Assembly (NCBI RefSeq): GCF_003116585.1
Contig: NZ_QEHM01000003.1
Coordinates: 24,916-48,915, forward strand
Reading direction: 5' to 3'
DNA: 24,000 nucleotides
DNA from: Albibacillus kandeliae
GTDB lineage: Bacteria > Pseudomonadota > Alphaproteobacteria > Rhodobacterales > Rhodobacteraceae
Positions 1 to 7,691 of the stretch are shown here, piece after piece. The translations under genes and the position numbers were made by a program. The notes beneath the pieces are model-generated. The model was not told the DNA's origin. It saw only the letters and a program-made list of their open reading frames with translations, and searched no databases. How positions within the stretch are numbered: position 1 is the stretch's first letter; each line of letters starts with the position of its first letter.

Positions 1-149
1 ACGGTGAAGACCAAGTCTTTCTCTAGAATTTCGGAAACCTTACGAATTCTAACGCGAAAGATACGTCATGAAAATCTTTCAATTTCAGACAGATAGGCCA
101 GAGCAAGCCAGAGCAGAAACTTCGCCCCCACACTGACTGTTACGGCAGA

Positions 150-1274
150 TCAGGCGTTCCGGGCCGGATCGAACTGGTAGAGGCGCACTTTCTGCCCGCC
201 GTGATCCACCGTTCCGCCGATATCGCTCCAGGCAAGGCCGGTCGCCTTTGCCAACCCGCCGTCGGTGGTGATCATCCCGACCCGCCAGCCCCGGAACGCG
301 GTCTTCATCCGCTCGCCAAAGGCAGCGTAAAGTCCGAACAGCAGCTTGCGGTTGCCGATCCTGCCGCCATAGGGCGGGTTTACGATGACGATGCCCGGCT
401 CACCGTCCGGCGCCGCGGCCTCGCCGATGGGCGCCAGCGCGAACCGTGTCATCGCCGCGACGCCCGCACGCTCGGCGTTCGCCTCGCTCATGCGCACCGC
501 ACCGGCATCGCGGTCGGACCCGAAGAAGCGCGGCTCTCCCGACAGAGCCGCCGGCGCCGCGTCGCGCATCGCCTGCCAGCGCTCGGCATCGAACGAGGCC
601 AGCTGCTCGAAGGCAAAACTGCGCGCCCGCCCCGGCAGCAGCCCGGCGGCGATCTCGGCCGCCTCGATCACGAAAGTGCCAGAGCCGCACATGGGGTCAT
701 AGACCCGCTGGCTCCCGTCATAGCCGCAGGCGCGCAGGAACAGCGCCGCCAGCGTCTCGCGCATCGGCGCCTTGTTGACCTGCTGCTTGAGGCCGCGCTT
801 GTGCAGGCTCTCTCCCGAGGTATCGAGGCTCACGGTGCAGAGATCGTCCTCGATCCGCACCTTGATCACCATCGCCGCCTCGTGATGCACCGTCATCCCG
901 GCGGCCACCAGCGCGTTGTCGACCCGCTGGATCGCCGCGCCGTCATGGTAGATCCGCGACTTGCGACAGGTCGCCTCGACCCGCACCGGCACATCCGGGC
1001 GCAGCCATTCGGCCCAGGGCAGGCGCGAGGCCCGCTTGTCGAGCTGCGCAAGGTGCATGGCCCGGAAGGACGCCAGCCGGACCAGAACGCGGGTCGCGCC
1101 GCGCAGCGTCAGGTTGGCGCGCCACACCTCATCCCATCCGCCGCGCAGGGTCACGCCGCTGCGGTCCACCTTGGTCACGACAAAACCCGCCTCGCGCGCT
1201 TCGGCGGCCAGGAACTGCTCCAGCCCGGGCACCACGATCAGGAAGATCTCGAAATCGGTTTCGTTGTCGGACAT
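150..1274 (-). CDS. THUMP-domain class I SAM-dependent RNA methyltransferase (RlmL N-terminal half / YpsC-like)
   Basis: ORF 150..1280. SAM motif I DPMCGSGTFVIEAA and motif IV NPPYG are present, with an N-terminal THUMP-like region. ATG at 1274 is preferred over the GTG at 1280. Confidence 0.85.
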   Translation of the reverse strand: MSDNETDFEIFLIVVPGLEQFLAAEAREAGFVVTKVDRSGVTLRGGWDEVWRANLTLRGATRVLVRLASFRAMHLAQLDKRASRLPWAEWLRPDVPVRVEATCRKSRIYHDGAAIQRVDNALVAAGMTVHHEAAMVIKVRIEDDLCTVSLDTSGESLHKRGLKQQVNKAPMRETLAALFLRACGYDGSQRVYDPMCGSGTFVIEAAEIAAGLLPGRARSFAFEQLASFDAERWQAMRDAAPAALSGEPRFFGSDRDAGAVRMSEANAERAGVAAMTRFALAPIGEAAAPDGEPGIVIVNPPYGGRIGNRKLLFGLYAAFGERMKTAFRGWRVGMITTDGGLAKATGLAWSDIGGTVDHGGQKVRLYQFDPARNA

Positions 1275-1300
1275 GACCACAGCCTGTCGGAAGGGGAGAT

Positions 1301-1336
1301 AAAAAGAAACCGCCCCCGGCAGAACCGGAGGCGGCT
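1301..1336 (-). terminator. Rho-independent terminator after rpsO
   Basis: Minus-strand reading: CCGCC-t-CCGG ttctg CCGG-g-GGCGG followed by TTTCTTTTT. It lies 23 nt after the rpsO stop. Confidence 0.7.
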
Positions 1337-1358
1337 TGAACTCGAATCCGGGCGCGTC

Positions 1359-1628
1359 TTAGCGGCGCAGGCCCAGGCGGCCGATCAGGTCCTGATAGCG
1401 CGATTCGTCCTTGGCTTTGACGTAGTCCAGCAGCTTGCGGCGCTGAGCGACGAGCTTCAGCAGGCCACGGCGGCCGTGGTTGTCCTTCTTGTGCACTTTG
1501 AAGTGCTCGGTCAGGGTGGCGATCCGCGAGGACAGGATTGCAACCTGGACTTCCGGCGAACCGGTGTCGCCGTCCTTGGTCGCGTATTCCTTCATCAGGC
1601 GGTTCTTTTCTTCAGCCGTAATCGACAT
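1359..1628 (-). CDS. rpsO: 30S ribosomal protein S15
   Basis: 89 aa with a typical S15 sequence ([50 protein letters not shown]). Strong SD AAGGAG 6 nt upstream of the ATG. Confidence 0.97.
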   Translation of the reverse strand: MSITAEEKNRLMKEYATKDGDTGSPEVQVAILSSRIATLTEHFKVHKKDNHGRRGLLKLVAQRRKLLDYVKAKDESRYQDLIGRLGLRR

Positions 1629-1734
1629 CGGGGTCTCCTTTACAGGTTAGAGTGGATGGCGCAGGCCGGGATGTCGTCCAGCACAGGCCCGTGGAGAATG
1701 TCCGGACGGAATGATTCCCGCGCGGATCGGGGGC

Positions 1735-1762
1735 GTATAGGCGGAAAGAACGTGAAACGCAA
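1735..1762 (-). promoter_or_regulatory. candidate sigma70-type promoter for rpsO
   Basis: Minus-strand TTGCGT (1762..1757), 16-nt spacer, CTATAC (1740..1735). This resembles the alphaproteobacterial TTGACA-N16/17-CTATAT consensus and leaves a ~100-nt leader. Confidence 0.35.
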
Positions 1763-1778
1763 AGGGATTCGCGCGCGG

Positions 1779-2285
1779 CTAGGCCCAGGGCTCCGGCTGG
1801 TGCCGGTAGGCGATGTAGAGCGGGTGGCGCGGATGCCCCTCCTTCGATAGCCCGAGGTGAAACAGCGGCACGCCCGCGCCCCGCAGCATGTCGGCCACCG
1901 CCGGCCCACGGCCCATGTGCGCCCCGTGAGTGCCCCAGCCCGCGACCACCCGGTCGGCCCAGGCCGCCCCCTCCAGCAGAAAGGCGTCGTTCTCGCCGCC
2001 GATGGGCTCCGCCGCGCGCCGCATGGTCATCGGGTCGGTTTCGCGCCAGGCAAAGATATTGGTGACCCGGAACGCGCCAAAACCCAGCGCCCGCGCCCGC
2101 CGCTCGCACCGCTCGACGGTGGGGTCGTTCTGAACCTCGGTCGCCTTCGACGGGTTCAGCATCACGAACATCACCCTCTGTCCCTCCGGGTCCCAGGTGC
2201 GCGTCAGGCTGTAGCGATAGCACTCGCAGTCCGAGTAGACGGCCACCGAGGGCGCATCGCCCTTGATATGCGAGCGCGTGATCAC
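1779..2285 (-). CDS. DUF1643 domain-containing protein (function unknown)
   Basis: Conserved DUF1643-like blocks AVYSDCECYRYSLTRTW and MFVMLNPSKATEVQNDPTVERC. The ORF as listed (to 2393) overlaps the truB 3' end. GTG at 2285 is the first start after the truB stop; GTG at 2246 is an alternative. SD is weak. Confidence 0.75.
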   Translation of the reverse strand: MITRSHIKGDAPSVAVYSDCECYRYSLTRTWDPEGQRVMFVMLNPSKATEVQNDPTVERCERRARALGFGAFRVTNIFAWRETDPMTMRRAAEPIGGENDAFLLEGAAWADRVVAGWGTHGAHMGRGPAVADMLRGAGVPLFHLGLSKEGHPRHPLYIAYRHQPEPWA

Positions 2286-2289
2286 GTTT

Positions 2290-3189
2290 TCAGAGGTTGA
2301 ACACCCGGCTGGGATGCAATTCGCCCGCCTTGAAGATACCCACGGCGACCGCGCGGCCCTCGTAAGAGGCCCAGCATTCCTCGCCGTATTCAACGTCGTG
2401 CGCGATCACCATGCCCGGGTTGCCGTTGCGCAGGCGCGCCGCGCCCTCGGGGGTGCATTTCACCTCCGGCAGGTCGGCAAGGCCCAGCTCCAGCGGCAGC
2501 AGGTGCTCGTCCAGCTCGGGGCTGTGCGCCATCTGCTCCACCTGCTCCATCGTCAGGCCGTTCTCGGCCTCGAACGGCCCGGACCAGATCCGGCGCAGCC
2601 GGACGACATGCGCGTGGCAGCCCAGCGCCGCGCCGAGGTCGCGGGCGATCGAACGGACATACCCGCCCTTGCCGCAGGTCATCTCCAGCGTCACATGGTC
2701 GGCGTCGGGGCGGTCGGTCAGCAGCAGCTCCTCGACCCAGAGCGGGCGGGCCGCGAGCTCCATCTCCTCGCCATCACGGGCGCGCTTGTAGGCACGTTCG
2801 CCGTCGATCTTGACCGCCGAGAACTGCGGCGGAACCTGCATGATGTCGCCGATGAACTGGCCGAGCGCGGCCTTGATCTCGTCATCCGAGGGGCGCAGGT
2901 CGCTCTCGGCGATCACCTCGCCCTCGGCGTCGTCGGTATTGGTCGCCTGCCCCAGACGCACGGTAAAGGCATAGGCCTTCAGCGCGTCGGTCACATAAGG
3001 CACCGTCTTGGTCGCCTCGCCCAGCGCGACGGCCAGAACGCCCGTCGCCTCGGGGTCGAGCGTACCCGCATGGCCCGCCTTCTTCGCGCCAAGCGCCCAG
3101 CGGACCTTGTTCACCACCGCGGTAGAGGTCGGCCCGGCCGGTTTGTCGATCACCAGCCACCCGGAAATGTTGCGCCCTTTGCGTGCCAT
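2290..3189 (-). CDS. truB: tRNA pseudouridine(55) synthase
   Basis: [22 protein letters not shown] and [14 protein letters not shown] (catalytic Asp motif). Start is placed at internal ATG 3189, because the listed 3318 start adds a non-homologous 43-aa extension. Confidence 0.95.
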   Translation of the reverse strand: MARKGRNISGWLVIDKPAGPTSTAVVNKVRWALGAKKAGHAGTLDPEATGVLAVALGEATKTVPYVTDALKAYAFTVRLGQATNTDDAEGEVIAESDLRPSDDEIKAALGQFIGDIMQVPPQFSAVKIDGERAYKRARDGEEMELAARPLWVEELLLTDRPDADHVTLEMTCGKGGYVRSIARDLGAALGCHAHVVRLRRIWSGPFEAENGLTMEQVEQMAHSPELDEHLLPLELGLADLPEVKCTPEGAARLRNGNPGMVIAHDVEYGEECWASYEGRAVAVGIFKAGELHPSRVFNL

Positions 3190-3250
3190 GTCGCCCTTAT
3201 ACCACCGTCTGTTCTGCAGGTGGCGCGTTATACGGCCCGGCGCGGCTGGG

Positions 3251-4264
3251 TCAACCGGGGGCGAGCAGCTCTCTCGCGACCGGCGCTTTTGCGACGACGC
3301 GACGGTAATAGCCCGCATTCACCAGCGGAGCAGCAGGCACCGGTGCGCGCCCCATGATCGCGCGCACCGAATCCAGCGCCTCCGCGGTCAGCCCCGACAT
3401 CGCCACCTGCCCCGGCCAGAACGTCTCGCACGGCAGCATCTCGGCCAGGATCACCGTGTGGCGCGCCGTCACGAGGTGAACGTAGTCGACATGGCCCAAC
3501 CCCTCGACCACCGCGACCCCCGCAAGGTCAAGCAGGGCGTGGGCCGGAACCAGCACCCCCGCCAGCGGCAGATAGATCCGGTGCTGCCGCGACACGGTCA
3601 GGTCGCGCGCCGGCCGCCCCTCGCCCAGCGCACCCGCCGAAATCCGCACCGGCGCGAGGCCCGGCCGGTCGGTCGGCGTCACCCGGCTGGCGATCACCAG
3701 CCCCACCGCCGCCACCCCGCCCAGCGCCTGCACCAGACTGTCCCCGGGCCGCAGCCGCGCGGCCTCCACCTCGCCCCTGTCGGTCAGGATCCGCGTGCGC
3801 GCCTCGAAACAGGCCGGGGTCGAGGTGGCATAGGCATTCACCCCTTGCCCGTAGTCGTAGGCGGCCACCACCGTCAGCGGCTCATTCCACGGCGGCATCG
3901 CCCCCTGCACCACGAACCCATAGGCGGTAAAGGCATCCTCGTTCAGCGTCACGACCTGCAGCGTGTAGGAGTTGCCCAGCGAATCCTCCACCAGCAGGTG
4001 GTATTCGGATTCGATGATGGTTCCGGTGGGAAAGAACCCGCCCCCGATGGTGTAATCGCCCGCCAGCGTCTGCCCGGTCGAGGCATCATCATCAAAGCTG
4101 CTGTCAGCTGTATCCAGCACCGAAACCGCCTGCGAGGTCGCGTCGGGCGCGATGGTCACCGTGTCGACGCCCAGGGCGAAATGGTAGCCGCCATTGTCGT
4201 CGAACCCGGTGGCCGAGGTCGAGATATGGTCGAGGTCAAAGACGTTCAGGCTGTAGACGGGCAA
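3251..4264 (-). CDS. Hint (Hedgehog/intein-like, Hint_2 type) domain-containing protein with an acidic N-terminal domain of unknown function
   Basis: 337 aa. The Hint module begins at Cys152 (TSTPA|[27 protein letters not shown]) and ends around [23 protein letters not shown] start at 4264 is preceded by a strong SD, AGGAGAG, 6 nt upstream. No signal peptide seen. Confidence 0.85.
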   Translation of the reverse strand: MPVYSLNVFDLDHISTSATGFDDNGGYHFALGVDTVTIAPDATSQAVSVLDTADSSFDDDASTGQTLAGDYTIGGGFFPTGTIIESEYHLLVEDSLGNSYTLQVVTLNEDAFTAYGFVVQGAMPPWNEPLTVVAAYDYGQGVNAYATSTPACFEARTRILTDRGEVEAARLRPGDSLVQALGGVAAVGLVIASRVTPTDRPGLAPVRISAGALGEGRPARDLTVSRQHRIYLPLAGVLVPAHALLDLAGVAVVEGLGHVDYVHLVTARHTVILAEMLPCETFWPGQVAMSGLTAEALDSVRAIMGRAPVPAAPLVNAGYYRRVVAKAPVARELLAPG

Positions 4265-4342
4265 GGCCAGCTCTCCTGCGGACGGGCCGCAGAGTGGCGC
4301 AAAGCCGTTGAGATAGGGTTACCGGCCGATTTCGGCCCTCAC

Positions 4343-5080
4343 CTACCTGGGGGTGACAATCCCCACCACGGGCCCCAGCGCGAAACCCCCGTCGCTCCGC
4401 CCCAGCTCCGGCGCATAAAGGCGCGAGATGTTGCCGTCGAAATAGAGCGCACTGTCGATGCCCAGCCCGTCGCGGAACAGCCGACCGAACTCGTGAAAGG
4501 TCACCGCGTTGCGCGAAATGGCAAAGACCACCCGCTTGCCCTCCGGCCCGGTCCCGACGCCGTTGCGCACGTAGCGCGAGGTACTGTCAGGCAGGAACCG
4601 GGGGTGCAGTTCGCCCTTGATCACCAGCATCGGCCCCGATTGCGTCGCGAACCGGCAGGCAGGCTTCTGCGCGAGGTACGTAAGCGTCTCGAACACGTCG
4701 GCGCGCCCCTCGCGGATGCAGAAGACCCCGTTGGGCACCATCCCGAAGTTCCCGGGCCCCGGGTCCGCCACCGCCCCCTTCAGCTCCACCCCGTTCTCGA
4801 CGTAAAGCCCCACGGGCGACCGGTCCGAATGGTACATCCCCGCGTTCATCGCAAAGATCAGCTGCTCGCCGTTCTCGCCCAGAACCCCGTCGATCGCGCC
4901 GAACTGGCCAAGGACGTTGTTCTGCGGGCCATAGAGGAACAGGCGCAGGTCTTCCGAACCCGCGTCGGCCTCGCAGACCGTGTAGCGGTTCTGTTCAAAG
5001 GCGATGTTCTTGCAATCCACCGCCTGCGCCTGCGAAGCCGCGCCCAGCAGGGCGCATGCAACCGCCAGAGCGCGGATCAC
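4343..5080 (-). CDS. phosphodiester glycosidase family protein (DUF2233), secreted
   Basis: 245 aa. N-terminal signal peptide [23 protein letters not shown]2233-like blocks [24 protein letters not shown] and LYFDGNIS. The GTG start overlaps the rbfA stop (GTGA). Confidence 0.85.
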   Translation of the reverse strand: MIRALAVACALLGAASQAQAVDCKNIAFEQNRYTVCEADAGSEDLRLFLYGPQNNVLGQFGAIDGVLGENGEQLIFAMNAGMYHSDRSPVGLYVENGVELKGAVADPGPGNFGMVPNGVFCIREGRADVFETLTYLAQKPACRFATQSGPMLVIKGELHPRFLPDSTSRYVRNGVGTGPEGKRVVFAISRNAVTFHEFGRLFRDGLGIDSALYFDGNISRLYAPELGRSDGGFALGPVVGIVTPR

Positions 5081-5472
5081 TGGTCCAGGTCCCGGCGGAC
5101 CGCCTCCTGATCGAACAGGCGGCGCGTGTCGTCCATCCTGTCGAAGGTCTCGTCCAGCTGGAACCGCAGCTCCGGCGCGAACTTCAGCTGCAACTTCTTG
5201 CCGACGACTCGGCGCAGCTCGCTCCGGTTGCGTTTCAGCAGGTCCAGCACCTCGTCCTGCCCGCGCCCGCCCAGCGGCAGCACGTAGACCATCGCGACCT
5301 TGAGGTCGGGCGAGGTCCGCACTTCGCCGACGGTGATCGACAGGCGGTTCAGTTCGGGGTCGTGAATATCTCCGCGCGCCAGCACCTCCGAGAGGGTGCG
5401 GCGGATCAGTTCGCCGACGCGAAGCTGGCGCTGGGACGGTCCGGGACCGTCATGAAATCGGTTCTTTGCCAT
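5077..5472 (-). CDS. rbfA: ribosome-binding factor A
   Basis: 131 aa with a typical RbfA sequence ([46 protein letters not shown]). Confidence 0.95.
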   Translation of the reverse strand: MAKNRFHDGPGPSQRQLRVGELIRRTLSEVLARGDIHDPELNRLSITVGEVRTSPDLKVAMVYVLPLGGRGQDEVLDLLKRNRSELRRVVGKKLQLKFAPELRFQLDETFDRMDDTRRLFDQEAVRRDLDQ

Positions 5473-5557
5473 GTCCCGGATCTAAGCCCTCAGCGAGGCT
5501 TTGCCAAGCGGGGCCGGAACGGGTATCTGGCGGCAAGCAGGAAAAGGAAGACCGACA

Positions 5558-6367
5558 ATGACCAACCTTCCCGGAATCGTCGTCACCGGCGGCTCGGGCC
5601 GCATGGGCCAGATGCTGATCCGCACCATCACCGAAAGCGACCGCGCCAAGCTGGTCGGCGTGGTGGAGCGCAAGGGACACGGTTGGGTCGGCAAGGACAT
5701 CGGCACCATGATGGGCGGGGCGGAACTGGGCGTTCTGGTCACCGACGACCCGCTCGAGGCCTTTGCCCGCGCGCAGGCCGTCATCGACTTCACCGCGCCC
5801 GAGGCGACGCTGGAATTCGCCGCGCTCGCCGCGCAGGCCCGGGCCGTACACGTCATCGGCACCACCGGCATGACCGAAGAGCAGATCGCCAAGCTGGAAC
5901 CCGCCTCGCGCCACGCGGTGATCATCCGAGCGGGCAACATGAGCCTCGGGGTGAACCTGCTGACGCAGCTGACCAGAAAGGTCGCCGCGGCGCTGGACGA
6001 GGATTTCGACATCGAGGTGATCGAGTCCCACCACCATCACAAGGTCGATGCCCCCTCGGGCACCGCGCTGATGCTGGGCGAGGCCGCCGCCGAGGGCCGC
6101 GGCGTGTCGCTCAAGGACATGTCGGACCGCGGCCGCGACGGTATTACCGGCGCGCGCAGCAGGGGTCACATCGGTTTCTCGGCAATCCGCGGCGGCGACG
6201 TGGTGGGCGAACACGACGTGATGTTCCTCGGCGCAGGAGAGCGGATCATCCTGCGCCACGTGGCAACCGACCGGGGCATCTTCGCCCGCGGCGCGCTCAA
6301 GGCCGCCCTCTGGGGCCAGGGCAAGGCGCCGGGTCAGTACGACATGGCAGACGTCCTGGGCTTCTGA
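5558..6367 (+). CDS. dapB: 4-hydroxy-tetrahydrodipicolinate reductase
   Basis: GGSGRMGQ nucleotide-binding motif and [15 protein letters not shown] signature. ATG at 5558 with SD AGGAAG 7 nt upstream is preferred over the listed 5501 start. Confidence 0.95.
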   Translation: MTNLPGIVVTGGSGRMGQMLIRTITESDRAKLVGVVERKGHGWVGKDIGTMMGGAELGVLVTDDPLEAFARAQAVIDFTAPEATLEFAALAAQARAVHVIGTTGMTEEQIAKLEPASRHAVIIRAGNMSLGVNLLTQLTRKVAAALDEDFDIEVIESHHHHKVDAPSGTALMLGEAAAEGRGVSLKDMSDRGRDGITGARSRGHIGFSAIRGGDVVGEHDVMFLGAGERIILRHVATDRGIFARGALKAALWGQGKAPGQYDMADVLGF

Positions 6368-6387
6368 GACCCCGCCGCGCTCCCGCG

Positions 6388-6595
6388 CAGCACATCTCCC
6401 CACGTCCCGGCCGAAGAGCCGGGACCTCGAGCCAAACTCAACCCCCTCAGCATCTACCCCCGGGGCCCCGGCGCAGGGGCCGGGGCGGAACATATCTCCC
6501 CATCGGCCCGGGCGCGGGGCCCACGGCGGAACACGTTTCCCACCGCCCCGGCCTCGCGCCGGGGCCCCGATCCAAACTCGCAACACCCCCTCACA
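6388..6595. repeat. tandem array of four degenerate modules, each a C-rich box CA(Y)NTCTCCCC followed by a GC-rich hairpin (REP/BIME- or RIME-like intergenic repeat)
   Basis: Hairpins: GTCCCGGC-N6-GCCGGGAC (6404..6425), GCCCCGGC-N6-GCCGGGGC (6465..6486), GGCCC-N7-GGGCC (6505..6521), GCCCCGGC-N5-GCCGGGGC (6545..6565). Each is preceded by a box such as CACATCTCCCCAC, CATCTACCCCC, ACATATCTCCCCATC or ACACGTTTCCCACC. The tail CCAAACTC..AAC.CCCCCTCA occurs at both 6432 and 6572. Confidence 0.6.
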
Positions 6596-6661
6596 ACACC
6601 CCAAAACCCCCGCACGAGACCAAACCGGAGCATGGCGCCGTCTCCCGACGCCCTCACCGCC

Positions 6662-7354
6662 TCACAACGGCTTGTTCTGAATGATCTGCGCCACCATCGC
6701 GCCGATCTTGGCGCTGGCCTTCATCGAGGGGTGAACCATGTCGAGCGCATGGTAGGAATGGTCGCCATAGGGCACCAGCTTGGCCAGCGACACGAAGGTC
6801 ACGCCCTCGTCCCTGCGCGCCATCGCCGTCAGGCGGCGGTCGAGTTCGTCCCCCTCGTCGCGGCAATGTTCGATTGGAGAGCCCATGCCGGGGCTGCGCA
6901 GGTACCCGAGGTATACGACCCGCGCGCCCGTCGCGCGGACCTTGCGCACCAGCGCCGGGATCTCGCCCGAGGCCCCGTCCTTGGAAATCATCTTGTCCAT
7001 CTTGTGATCGCAGCGGCTGCAGTTGCAGCCCAGCCAGAGATCGTTGCCGCCGCCGTTCACGATGACCCAGTCCCATGCGCCGGGCTTGTACTGCTTCGAG
7101 ATGTTCATCCCCATCGCGCCCGACACCGGGAGTTCGTAGATCATCCGCGCGCCCACCACCGAGCGGTCGACCACCGGCTCGCCCAGGTCGCGCTCGATTT
7201 CGTCCGAGATCGAGCGGTTGCTGGAGGAATGCCAGGCCAGCATCGAATCCCCCATCGCGAGGATCCGCGCGTCACCGCCGCCCGAGCTGATGGTTTCGCC
7301 GCATCCGGCCAATGCGAACAACGCCGCGAAAAGACAAAGAAAGACCCGTGTCAC
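6662..7354 (-). CDS. SGNH/GDSL-family hydrolase lipoprotein
   Basis: Lipobox LFALAGC. SGNH blocks AMGDSM (block I Ser), GGGND (block III) and DMVHP (block V Asp/His). GTG start at 7354. Confidence 0.85.
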   Translation of the reverse strand: MTRVFLCLFAALFALAGCGETISSGGGDARILAMGDSMLAWHSSSNRSISDEIERDLGEPVVDRSVVGARMIYELPVSGAMGMNISKQYKPGAWDWVIVNGGGNDLWLGCNCSRCDHKMDKMISKDGASGEIPALVRKVRATGARVVYLGYLRSPGMGSPIEHCRDEGDELDRRLTAMARRDEGVTFVSLAKLVPYGDHSYHALDMVHPSMKASAKIGAMVAQIIQNKPL

Positions 7355-7691
7355 CTGGTGCCCCGTCCCTGAAAATCAGTTGAACCTGTCAAGCGGCACC
7401 CCCTGTGCCGCGCCACAGTCTGACCCCGCGAAGACGGCATCAATATGTTCCGCGCGTGGAAAAACCGGACCTCCCGGGGCTCCTCCCCTCTGCGCGCCAA
7501 GCTGCCGAGATTTGAAAATCCGAGAACACGTGTTTCCAAAATGGCCAAATACGTGTATGGGCGCAGAATCTGAAACGTGGCACGCAGACCCCCGCGCCGT
7601 GAAGTGAATGATGAATGGGGTCGGCGGCAATGGGGCCGCCATGCAAACGGGCACTCGGAACGCCGAGCCAGGCCCACATATGGATACGATG
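7355..7691 (+). promoter_or_regulatory. pnp upstream region / 5' leader (promoter not pinpointed)
   Basis: 337 nt of non-coding sequence before pnp, with a lower-GC patch at 7500-7570. This patch contains TTGAAA, the perfect palindrome AACACGTGTT (7526..7535) and a second ACGTGT 25 nt later. Small hairpins at 7622-7639 and 7651-7664. Confidence 0.4.

Noticed and set aside
68-136. 22-aa ORF (MKIFQFQTDRPEQARAETSPPH) in the low-GC left edge
   Set aside because: It is too short, has no SD and no supporting signal, and lies in what is probably an intergenic region.
201-1850. 549-aa plus-strand ORF spanning the methyltransferase, the rpsO terminator and rpsO
   Set aside because: It runs antisense across two real genes and a terminator and is Arg/Pro/Gly-rich and low-complexity, so it is a high-GC artefact. 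The same reasoning applies to 3008..5110 (+), 5056..6684 (+), 5450..6604 (-), 11979..13841 (-), 14828..16555 (-), 17116..17943 (+), 18481..19797 (-) and the many 60-130-aa Arg/Pro-rich ORFs.
2286-3318. N-terminally extended starts given by the ORF track (truB 3318, DUF1643 2393, dapB 5501, pnp 7608, GT25 9851, patatin 14765, GFA 20352, GAF 22141, esterase 23007, STAS 23054)
   Set aside because: The extensions are non-homologous Arg/Gly/Pro-rich sequence and overlap upstream genes or terminators. Internal ATG/GTG codons with SD sequences reproduce the canonical N-termini.
3251-4264. Hint module as a true intein or mobile splicing element
   Set aside because: There is no host protein split into exteins, no homing endonuclease domain, and no C-terminal extein after the module. 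It fits the Hint_2/BIL-type terminal domain instead.
6388-6595. Possible CRISPR array, because of the repeated hairpin units
   Set aside because: The units are degenerate, their spacing is irregular for unit 1, there are no unique spacers of uniform length, and there are no cas genes. An intergenic REP/RIME-like repeat explains it better.
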